A stretch of 64,000 nucleotides of DNA from Bugula neritina. Taxonomy: Eukaryota; Animalia; Bryozoa. This document shows positions 13,601 through 24,073 of this stretch, piece after piece. The notes under the pieces are model-generated. The model was not told the DNA's origin, did not search any database, and was given only the letters and a program-made list of their open reading frames with translations. The stretch is taken from assembly GCA_964035545.1 (NCBI GenBank), contig OZ037766.1:24482126-24546125 (forward strand). The letters run 5' to 3'. The number at the start of each line of letters is the position of its first letter. Position 1 is the stretch's first letter. Made by a program: the position numbers and the translations under genes.

Positions 13601-16600
13601 AGGGCCTTTAGTTTTTTATATTTAGTATTTAATACATTGTTATATCTTAGCTAAGGACTGTCATTACTGTAAGGCCAATACCTACAATAATTTAGGCTAT
13701 TTGGAGTTGCAATCCCAACATATCAGTTGCCCATCTAGCTAGTTGACATACAATATACTTGGTGTCTACATTACACTATCATGTTCTCTTTTCACCCCCA
13801 CCCAATTGATATAACTCTCAAGGACCATAGACTATTGAACAAAAAACTCTTTATCTTGATTTGGATGTTGAAAAGTGGCATGTTGAAAGCTGAAGTGACA
13901 ATAACCTTAGATTCAATAGCTGTTAGCCAATGGCTAAGTGCTATTACAGCATGTTATATTTGCTTTATTGATACTAAATACTCAATCCATGTGATAATTG
14001 ATAACAATGTATGTATGCTGGTGCACCTATATTAATATTATCTGTTGAACAAACAGAAGTTCACTTGTTTTCATTTGACTCTAGTTTTACAGTAACTAGC
14101 AATATAACTAGCAGGGTAGTCAGCAGCTGTGTTAGACTATGGTAGTCATTTCTTGTCTGTTACTATAAATACATTGCTAAACTATGCTTCAATATCTTCC
14201 TTTTTGATTATCTTTGAACATTGTTCATTTTACTTAATTTAGTTCACACTCCATATCTCTAATTTTTAGTTATTTTTTACAAGTTAACTGCAAATTTATA
14301 TATTTTTTGCCCTATGCTAATAAAATATCAACTAAAAAAGTGAAGATCGTTTTTAAATTTGCTTAATTTTCTTAGTTTTTCCCAATTGTTTAGTAAAAAA
14401 ACCTAAATTTTTATAGTGGCTTTTGATCACAGTCCGCACATATATATATATATATATTTAGCTCATATGACAATGGCGTTACGCTTTGATGCTGCAGGAC
14501 CCCTTCCCAGCCTTTTTTGCCATACATATTTAGAATCCGCAGACAAAATTACCCCATATAGTAGGTTTTCATAATTTTTAAGCAAGCTTTGAATGTTGTT
14601 CCTAATTTGCTGGTGTATATATTAGATGAAGTAAAATGACCCACATTTTATAGGGGCCTTTCAGACTTCAGTTTTATTTCTCATCATTTACAGATCGTAA
14701 TGCTGATGGTTGCCCGGGTGACGACATGTCTAAACATGCCAAACATAGTAACAACTCAAACTCTACACTTGCAGCCATTAACAGCAGGTAAGACTAGGGA
14801 GTTGAATGGTTACCTGCAGTGTATTTTAAGTATAGACTGTAGGGTATATGTCTGTTCACTGCTAGATTGTGATTATTTAAAAACGCAATAATTGCAATGG
14901 AACGAACTTTTCCTTACAAAAATTGTCAAAAATCATACTAGTTCGAAAATCAAAATCAACTCTCGAAATTTCATCACTGATTTATGGGAATAAAGTTGCG
15001 TTTATACCTCTGCTGAAAAAAGTACCGAGTTTAAGTTAATAATGCCCCTTTATAGTCAAACTTAAAATCGTTGAAATCATATTGATGCGAAAGCTCACTT
15101 TCTAAAATTGAAATTTGACTCGCCTAATCGCTATTTACTCCTTTTGAGTATTATTCTAAGATCGGCCAATTGAGTTGTCACAGTACAAAAATTTTTACAA
15201 GTGGCTTTTACAATGCAATGCAACTCGGAGAAATTTCAACCTGGCCAAATTGAATTTCTGACAGAAAATTGTGAAGGCATAAAGGCAACTTTAAACTGGT
15301 CCGAAATTCAGCAAGCATAAAGTTGTTTGCTATGGAAGCTGTGTGAGTGCTATTCCATTAATATCTCACCATAAATCACTGGTAACCACAGTCCTTAGGG
15401 TGGGTATACGAGAATTTCAACAATATTTTGACAGCGCAAGCATTTTTCTTTCTTTATTGGTTTTGCTATGAGGAAATAGTGGAAGTTTGATCCTATGATC
15501 GTGATAAATGAATGTCTACTTCATTTTAGCTCCACAGTTGTTACTTGAAGGTAACTTAGAGTAGTATAAGTTGGTTACAGCCGTGCTGGCCTATAATACA
15601 GCCTATTAATAATACTCTAATATGTTGGTAGGTGTAAAGACTCTGGTATTTCTACCGCCCCTTCTGGTCTCCTGAAGTCCCATGCTCAAGTGATTGCTCC
15701 CATCACGCAAATAGATACTACACCGAGGACACATGCCCCCGAGAATCTAGAGGACCTATACCTTCTTAACGTCACCCTTGACCCACACCGAGCTTTCCCG
15801 CTACGAACCTATGGTTGTGATGCCACTGATGATGTCACCGAGAAGTTTCCAGATCAAGCAGACACTGACTCTCAGAGTTTAACGCCACAAGTGGTAACTG
15901 CTACTCCAGACTCTGTTATCTCTCCCAGAAGACAGGTTAACTACACAACACATGGACTGAGTCGCTCTGCCTCGCCTAGCAAACCTCATTCTGATCCCGC
16001 AGTGCCCGATGTTTCCTTACATAACAAAGAGACTTCCGTCGTTTCACAAGATAGATTTAGTGTTGAGGAAGGAAGTGAGAAGCATGTTGCCGAACTTACA
16101 GGTGTTACTGCCACTGCTCAACAAGGAGGCAGCTGCACTTCTGTGGCAAAAAATGAATCCAGCCTGAAAGTGGCCGTCCCAGTCCAACCTAGCAGTACTA
16201 AATTCCTTCCTGATGTTGAAGAACTGCAACGCAGGGCCAGTCCAACTCTTCCTGCGAATGTTGAGAAGTTTGAGAAACTCAGGCTAAAGGATGGCTCTTC
16301 ACCACAGCCCTTGGGTTCAGAAGACACTGGCTGCCTCCCCAAACACCTGCGTCAGCACTCGGCACCTGAGGGCAGACCCTGTCAAGTATTTGCTCAGGCA
16401 GCTGCTGCCAATCTACCTGAATATGACTCATGCACCTCCCAGTACACCTGTTCCGACTTTAAAGGTTTCCACCCATTGGGTGGTCCTGGTGATAGAAATT
16501 CTGAATCCCTTCAACACGGTGCTCAGTATAGCTCTTTGGGCTTAGGTTCTGTGCTCGGTGGTTCTCCTAGTGTGCCCGGGTCTCCGCACCACCGCATGGC

Positions 16601-18879
16601 CCCCGCTGACTCTCTACACCACCGTATGGCTCCAGCAGATACTGTGCACCACCACATGGGTCCAGCAGATACTGTGCACCACCACATGGCTCCAGCAGAC
16701 ACTGTGCACCACCACATGGCTCCAGCAGACACTGTGCACCACCGTATGGCTCCAGCAAATACCTTGCAGCATTCCCTCTCTTTTGACCAAAATTATGCCG
16801 GCCTATTAGGACCAAACGACCAACACCGTAATTCCTTTGCTCCTGGTGCATTTGCCTATGAAAATGGTGCTGAATCTGTCTATCCACAGTTTTATGAGAG
16901 AATTGGTAATCAGGGACATAGAAACCCAATGCCTACTCCAGAACAGCCAGGTTATAGACCCGCCCCTCCCCTTTACCATTCACAAGGGGCATATAACTAT
17001 AGGGCTTTTTTTGCTCCTAATGCAACCTACGCAAACCAGAGGGATTTTCCTCAACCTTTACATCGTCAGTATAGTCTACCATTACCTCAGCAGAGAATGC
17101 AGGTGAGCCAATCACAACACATGTAACTTGCATTTAACCAATGACCAGCAACCTGTGGTGGTAAGAGCCAATAACAGGCCATACAAGGTTCTGTAATATG
17201 ATAATGTCTTGCTGCAAAACCATATGTTTTGAGAATTACATGAAAAACCACTTTCTCATGACTAAGTTATATAATAGTGAATATATATGGAAAATACTTT
17301 GCAGTGTATACCAAAGGCAAATGTAATAATGCTGAGATGTGTAGTTCGTCAAGCTTCACGTTAGGCAGTGGTTGAGGGGCAAGTTTAGTCATCACATTTA
17401 TTTCTTTAGTTATCTAGGATCTTGTAAGTACTATAATGTTATTGTGTAGATGCCGTCATCTTCCGGTACGAAGATAACAGCTGGTAAAGTTGGCAACTTT
17501 GTGCAATCCAAAGAAGTTAAAGTTTATGGAAAGCCTGAAGATCTGCCAGCCTTGATATCTCAGGCTTCGCTGGTACCAGATGGTATGACTTTCTTTATTA
17601 CTCACACTATCAACCTATGTGGTCAGTCAGGGTGCTAAGTTCATTGGTATTTTTAAATAAGGGTTTTGTGTTTTTATTTTATAATAGTAGCTGATGAATT
17701 CCATAAAGTCCTAGGAGATATACGTGGCTTTCTTCTAGTACCTCCCTTACATGAATTTCTGTCTCCAATCTTCTAAGATATTTAGGAAGAAAGTTGCACA
17801 ACTTGAACCTAAACTTTTGATCTTTCATGCACTTTCTTAGTGTGCATGGAAAGAAATTCGTCATGAAATACTGCTTTTTATTAAAAATTGTTCATCCCAT
17901 GTGCATAAACTAGCAATTTAACGTAGCTTCAATATAAACTTCATGCACTCCACCATTGTCTATTAATATTCCATTAATTTACTAATAGAAAGCATTTTAT
18001 GACAGGCTTTTTAGTTAGAAAAATTCTGAGAACTTAATCAATTGAGACAAGAATTTGAAATTTTTAGGTGACATTGTTCAGATAAAAGTACCTCATTGCA
18101 CTTCTTGTTTGAAATTTTTGGGACTAATGTTTTACCAATGATCTATCATGTGTCGAAAGTTTTAATAGACTCTTTTCCAATGTCCTTGATGTTTAATTTA
18201 TAATTGGGAGTTGTGCTCCCTTAGCATGTGCATACCTTATTCAAGTTTCTATTAACCAGAGTTGTAGCAATCAGCACATTGAATGATTGACAAGATTTTT
18301 GTTCTTCTCAATAAGTAAATAAAGATAAAAATGTTTTCGCGTTATAATTTTTCGAAGTTTACTATGAAAAATACTATTAATTTTTTTAAATATCAATGTG
18401 TGCTACTCTCAAAATATTGATTTTCCGAATGTATGAGTATATAGCATAGTTTGAGTTCTATGTAGCAGCAAATTAAAATTTTTAATGACATCCCCATATA
18501 ATAAATTGAAAGTATGTACCTTCTAAGAAGGTACAACTCCTAATTATAAATTAAGTAATGGGGACATCGTTAAAAGCTCCATTGCTTCAGAGTTTAGACT
18601 GTGCATATATTTGCATCTTAAGGTTACCGTATGTGCACCCATTATAAAATAGTTGGGTTGTGGGTTATTATTTGAGAACCTTAGTCTTGTTCCAATGTCC
18701 AGTGGTGTTGAAGTTGAAAAGATGTGTATATGCATATAAAATCTAGAAAAGTTCATTAACTGCTGAAGTTTTATCCACATTCATTGTTGATGTTTTGTTT
18801 TGTAGCAAATTTTGAAATCACTGCTGAAACAGTTGGAGACTGCCAGAGTAGTACCCGCACTATTGTCGAAGCCAACTGA
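1672..18879 (+). CDS. Uncharacterised type-I transmembrane receptor-like protein (~1219 aa, 13 exons): signal peptide, TNFR(BCMA/TACI)-like Cys module, Sushi/CCP-like domain, TM, long disordered cytoplasmic tail
   Basis: Exons with GT-AG ends and matching phases: 1672-1808, 2347-2510, 3164-3359, 3867-3946, 7205(or 7202)-7387, 7595-7692, 8545-8716, 10550-11287, 13346-13465, 14694-14787, 15632-17102, 17450-17582, 18806-18879 (3660 nt, open to TGA). Signal MWMKMTAPLMSFVTISLLLLVRISSA; CSSYWMYYEEILQSCALCS; CCP-like C..LGESCEVRCKDGY..IQC..W...P..LC; TM VWILVCVSVVIAVLLGSGIGVISFI followed by RYRRYSRRK. AATAAA at 19025. Confidence 0.75.
3353..3686 (+). repeat. 20-bp minisatellite (ATGATCAGTAAGTACACTGT), ~16 units, starting at the exon-3 donor of the receptor gene
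   Basis: Direct reading; the first unit overlaps the exon end ATGATCA|GTAAGT. Confidence 0.9.
5460..5907. mobile_element. Non-autonomous DNA element (Kolobok-like termini), long copy
   Basis: Ends TAAGTTGCGTTTA ... TAAAGGCAACTTTA form an imperfect TIR in a TTAA-like context; extensive identity with 14991-15294. Confidence 0.65.
6193..6359. mobile_element. Palindromic (fold-back) MITE-like element
   Basis: GGGTGACTGAGTGCAGTAGTTGGGGGGTCT..AGTTTGGAGTT pairs with AACTCTAAACT..AGACCCCCAAACTACTGCACTCAGTCACCC; outer arms GAAAGTTTCCATAA / TTATAGAAAATTTC. Confidence 0.6.
8740..8935 (+). repeat. (AGT/AGC/GGT)n triplet microsatellite
   Basis: Direct reading; intronic, ~25 bp after donor 8717. Confidence 0.9.
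9305..9647. mobile_element. 343-bp MITE with ~70-bp TIRs (PIF/Harbinger-like), copy 1
   Basis: TIR GCCTAGGGCCACAC..CGTATTTTCGCATGCGAAAATTGAAATCACAAGTAGCAAAGGTGTCCACTGT and its reverse complement; TTA on both flanks; near-identical inverted copy at 45487-45829. Confidence 0.85.
14991..15294. mobile_element. Same Kolobok-like element, internally deleted copy
   Basis: TAAAGTTGCGTTTATACCTCTGCTG ... AAAGGCAACTTTAA; lacks the ~150 bp that copy 1 has between ATCGCTATTT and ACTCCTTTTG. Confidence 0.65.
16587..16766 (+). repeat. Coding 30-bp tandem repeat x6 (HH[RH]M[AG]PA[DN][ST][VL])
   Basis: CACCAC(CGT/CAC)ATGGCTCCAGCAGA(T/C)ACTGTG units, in frame within the large exon. Confidence 0.9.
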
Positions 18880-19169
18880 TGGTTGGATTTTGTGTCAACA
18901 GCCCATTCTTGGATTTTTAGAGAACATATTCTGGATTTGCTTAATGAAGTTGTGTGAAGGCATCTGAAATACCATAATGAAGGCAGTTCAATTAGCCATG
19001 TTATATAGCTATGCTAAAGTTTACAATAAACTTTTATGTTAACATAAGCAATGTATATATGTAAATGTTTTTATACCTTTGTATTACTTTGCTTCAACTG
19101 CTGAGATATTTGAATTGTAGTCAACTTTACTGGTTGTGTAGTAATGTTTCCATGTACCAATTTTGACTG

Positions 19170-19400
19170 CAATACTCTACTCAGAACTACACTACTCTAA
19201 CTCTGCATTACTTTAACTCTGCACTGATTTAACCTACCCTCTATTAAACTCTTCTTTACTCTCCACAAATCTATTCTCCACTACTCTACTCAATGCTGCT
19301 CTACTCCACTCGACTCCACGCTGCTGTGACTCTCCACTACTCTAATCAGCCCAATACTCTACACCATTCTACTTTGCTTTTTGCTTCTATGCTCTACCCA
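19170..19400 (+). repeat. Degenerate (ACTCT/CTCTA)n pentamer low-complexity tract
   Basis: Direct reading. Confidence 0.6.
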
Positions 19401-20345
19401 ACTGTTAGCTGTTACTTAAATAGCCATTTATTATTAGAATATTTGTTATCACTCACTCTACTGTTAATGTCTAGCAGTATTCTAGAAATTAGATTCTATT
19501 TTTGCAATTGTATTATATGTTAGTAACCTACTTCTTATTGGTTCTAATCTTCTGAATTTTTTTATGACTTGTTTCAACGTTTGGTCAGTAAATGTTAGCT
19601 TTGTCAGGGATTTTTACTTTCTGATGACTGGCATGTATTTGTATTGTGTTTGCATTGATTCCTCTACATAGGGTGTTTACTAAACATACCTACCTCTGTT
19701 GGTATCTTGCTATCACACATGTATTCCTATATTTTATCTAATTTAAACATCGTGTTTGGACATTTATTACTATGCATAAATCTTCTAGTTATTTTTATAT
19801 TTTTAAATCATGGCCAGTAAGTGATTTAATTGTATTTTGTATAATATAATTATGTAATTATAGTGTAGTAAGTTTTTGTTAATTATTATTTTATTTGGTA
19901 CAATAATATTGTATTGTATATGGGGGTTGTCTCCATGTCTCACTCAGGGACTTGGAATTATCTAGCCATGTCAGTTTATTTTGTAATTACTGCATTACCT
20001 CTTAGTGTTGAATTTCTTTATGTAAATGGTTGCATTGCTGAAAATGTCAAATTTAGCTGTCTACAGTAGTAATACACCAAATTGTAAAGCAATATGTGAC
20101 CTGTTGTAGTTCATAAATTATATGTATTAATTATTCACCAAAAATAAGGCATTTCGAGTAATAAAACTGGATTATAATACTTATAATCGTTCTGAAAATG
20201 TCATTTTTCAAACATAAGAGTGGAAAGGTTTCGGGTACTTGAACATTAAACTTTGATAAATTTGAATAAAATTAAAATAAGTTCTAAAATGTAATAAGAT
20301 ATGCCTGTAAAATGATTTAATTTAAAATCTCAGTATTACTGTGAT

Positions 20346-22627
20346 TTACTGCAAGTATAAGTGCTCAACGATGGCCATCCCTTCCGTTTCATGCCGTGTT
20401 GCCCTAGCAGTTGGTAAACCTTGAAGAGGGAGCACACATTTGACGGCCTCCATGTAAATTATGGTTGCTGTAAAAAATCTTCTGGAAACAAAGTATCCCG
20501 ACTCTCCTCGACGACGATGTGTTAGTATCATGGCTTCTTTCTGGCTGTTGTGAAACAAGTAGGTGCACATGCGTATGTAACTGGCCATAGCCAGTAAATG
20601 GTGAAGAGCCTCTTTCATGGATGTAGTAATCTTACCTTGGTATTCTAGTTGTCTCAGCGCATCCCAAGATGATGTTGCTTGAATTTCGTACAACACACTA
20701 AGATCGAGGATAATTAGAGATGGCAACCGGTAGATTTTTGGCTTAACTTCAACAATCCCCGATTCACACATAAAATCAGAAATATTCAGCTCATATTTTT
20801 CAACATCTCGGACAAACATTCTCTCTGAAACAGCCCGTCTTTCAGTATTCATTGTTATAGATGCCTTGGCTGCTACAAATGTTGAAAGCAAGCTATTTGT
20901 AGCTCCGGGTGTGGTGTAAGAGTAGATGTCGCGGGTAAAACTCATCATAGCTGAATCATCTCCTTGAAGGGCTACTTCTTCATCTGGGTTGAGGTAAATG
21001 TCCGTGTATTTGGATATTAATTCTTCGATACTATAAATGTATTTGCTCTTTTTATCAGTCACCCCGTTTCCTGTCGGAATGTTGCCAGCACATTCTTGAA
21101 GGCCGTCAATCTTCACACCACTTATCTCCTGATCGTCAAACCAATCTTGAAGTTCTTTGATGTTCATGTATTTCAATTTCGTTTCTTGAAGATTTCCAAT
21201 AGCGAAGTAGGTAATCATTGCGAGGTTTCTAAAGTATTGCTTTATGTCGGGGTCCTTTCTTTCAACAATAAAGAAGTATTCTATGTCGGAGTAAGGAGTA
21301 GCTTCTCCCCGAGCAAGTGATCCTTTAGCTACGGCGCTAAATGCACATGGCGGAGTTCCCCCCATTGCAGAAACGCCGTTCTTAATGATCTTTTGGACAA
21401 ACTCAATCATACTTTGATTAGTAAACTTCACCACATATTCCATCGAATTACAAACAGAGCTTATTTTCTTCCAATTTATGCCAGCCAACCCCACACCTCG
21501 AGATTTTGCCACTGCTCTTCTCAATGGCTTCATGCTATCTCTAGTCTGCAATCTTATGTTAGACAAAAGAGATTTGAGATGTTCTGTGGCGTCTTGTGAA
21601 TTAGCAGGGAGATTTGCTCTTGTCCTATAAAGGTACTCTAGGTCATGGGCCTTGCGTGCGTAGTAACCAGCCTGGGTTTTTGATCTTACTCTACATGAGT
21701 TGTACAATGTATGCGCCTGAAAATAAAAGGTGTGCTTCTATACCTAATATTGTGGTGGTTCGTGGAACTACCAGCAGCACAACATGTAGGGTCGCGTAAT
21801 TGACCCGGAACAATGGATAGCCAATTAGCGTAGTTGATAGTTAGCAGCAATTGTAGTTTCCCGCTGCTAACTCAGTCGAAGCTAGAGTGTGAAATAGATT
21901 AGATGTGTAACTTGTTTGGAAATAATGTATCGTGTTTTTATAATGTATAGTTGTGTATAAAATATACTCGTTCACTCGACTTATCCTGGTGCAGTTCTAT
22001 AGTAGATAAATAGACTCTCTGGATAGCACATCAACCCTAAATCTGAAAATCTTAACAATATTTTGTATCTATTAATTATTTTAATATTTATATTAACCGC
22101 AATACAAAACTTATACATAGTAAGACAGGGTTCTCCACTACAAATAATAATAATTATTGATAATTTGATTTGGTCTCACTATAGCAGTAAATTTTCATTC
22201 AATTCTTGGTATACTTTGGTTGGTCACAGATTTTTAAACTTTTTGACTGGTTTAATGGTGTTAAGATGGGCAACTTCTAATGGTGTAATAGCTTTTGCAT
22301 AAATTATGCACATAGCTTCATACTAATCATTTACAAAAATTTATTAAACAAGAATCTATCAAAAACATTTGTTCACAAATAATTACAACCTGATATTACT
22401 AAACAAATCAAAGTTTTAATTTTATGTTGAAGCAACTCTACCTTCAAAAGCTGTGTCCAATTGTTCAGAGGATCTTTGTGAGCAATCTCTGCATACAAAT
22501 CTGCCAGTTTAGATAAAATTTTTACTTCTGCTTGCTTTCTTGCAGCTGCTGTTCTAAATTTGTCTTTTTCAGTTGTTACCAAGTATTCTTGTTTGAGTCT
22601 GTTTATTTCTCCTCGAACGCCTGTCAT
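20346..22627 (-). CDS. DUF294 (GlnD/PII-uridylyltransferase N-terminal-like) nucleotidyltransferase with DUF294_C-like helical domain, ~518 aa
   Basis: Exon 22627-22442 (MTGVRGE...NWTQLLK, donor GTAGAG) splices in phase 0 to ttttcAG|21716-20346 (AHTLYNSCRVR...). Motif PPCAFSAVAKGSLARGEATPYSDIEYFFIV fits the Pol-beta NTase hG[SG]xxRxE...SDxE signature. C-terminal EVKPKIYRLP..LSVLYEIQATSSWDALRQLEYQGKIT..L..A..IR resembles DUF294_C. An in-frame TAA lies just upstream of ATG 22627. Confidence 0.8.
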
Positions 22628-24073
22628 TGTAGCAACTTTCTTCTTTTACTGCTATATAGGCCAAGTGAGTTGAAATAAATATCTACAACTTCCAAATGAA
22701 AACTTTTGTGACTTTATTCTAGAGAATGCAAACACTAAATGAGATGAGAATTGTTCTTTTGGGTAAAAGATTGAATAGATTATGCAGTTTACCTTTATAA
22801 AAGCTGGAAATTGGAAATCCAAGATGTTTGGGAATTTCCATTTTCCATTTCAACATAATGATCTTTGTTTTCTACTGGTTCTGATAACAGAGGGGAAAAC
22901 TGATTCAATTGAGAACTGGTTTTCCCCTTTCACAGCAATAGCAGTGCAGTTGCTACTATTGCTATTGCTTCTGCTACTACTACTGTTGCTACTACTACTA
23001 CTATTGCTACTACTTTCCCAAAAATTACTTATACAAGATACCACAGCCTTGTTTCTTGTCAGTTTTTCTTATTATGTTCTTATATACACTCATTTCTGAC
23101 TTAGAGGTTTTATAACTTAGCTTATCACTTTTGTCATTCATTGGTCAATTATTCTATAGCCTTATCTTCCTCACTGACATTGCATCAACTGCCATTATCT
23201 CTATTTTCATTGCTGATCTTCACAATAGCTGAATATTCTGGACAGTCAAAGTCATAAATCTATGAAGAAATGAAGCAATATTAGATATACCAGAGCTGCA
23301 TATAAGATAATAATGCACATAAAATATGTGAGGATTGTATTATTACCAGAAGCATGAAATAAGAATGCAACTTTTTGCCCATTACATAATAGCATAACTC
23401 ATAAATAGTCAACAGCGAAACCTGACAATAATCCAACTAATAAAGCCTATTTGAATCTTGAATAAATAAAGCGGAACTCAATAGGAATTGCATAAATAAT
23501 GTTTTGTGAGTGAAGATGAGAAAGTCAAGCACACAGGTATAGCCAGCAGCATATTTATTTCATTATATTATTGTGGCTGGCAACTTTGAACTGCTATATG
23601 ACTGTTCAATCTTGTGCTCAATTGATATCTTCAGCTATTTAGTCCCACTGCCCATCAGTGTTCACATTAGATAATTCTTAAACTGACAGCCCTGAAGAAG
23701 TAACGTAAAATGCATAAAGTAACATAAATTACTTTTTTGACAATTAAATTTTCATATCAAGAGTGAACGAGTCATAAAATCAGAACTTTATTAAAAATGA
23801 AATATGAAGGGATATGAATAAAATATACACAAAATTTAGAGCATATTTTCATTTTTACAAAAGGTGTTGAAATATTTACATAATTATATGTACAAATAAG
23901 ACAAATAAAACCCTTGTAATAACAACTGTATGGAGCGTGATGAACTTAGTCGAGGGCAAGTGGCAGCATAATAAACTTCTGAAAATGCTATTAACAAAAA
24001 ACTATCAATCAGTCTACAATCACCATTAAAGCTATGACACAATGGAAAAATAATCTACCATAATACTACATTT

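Noticed and set aside
20340-20350. Continuation of the NTase gene into downstream TPR exons via CA|GTAAAT
   Set aside because: No TPR-like exon is recognisable before the convergent gene; TAA taken as the stop, though not excluded without RNA data.
20346-21707. cGAS/Mab21/OAS assignment, or bacterial contamination
   Set aside because: The GSxxRxE..SDxE motif and C-terminal domain fit GlnD/DUF294 rather than cGLR/OAS, and the gene has a spliceosomal intron and animal neighbours.
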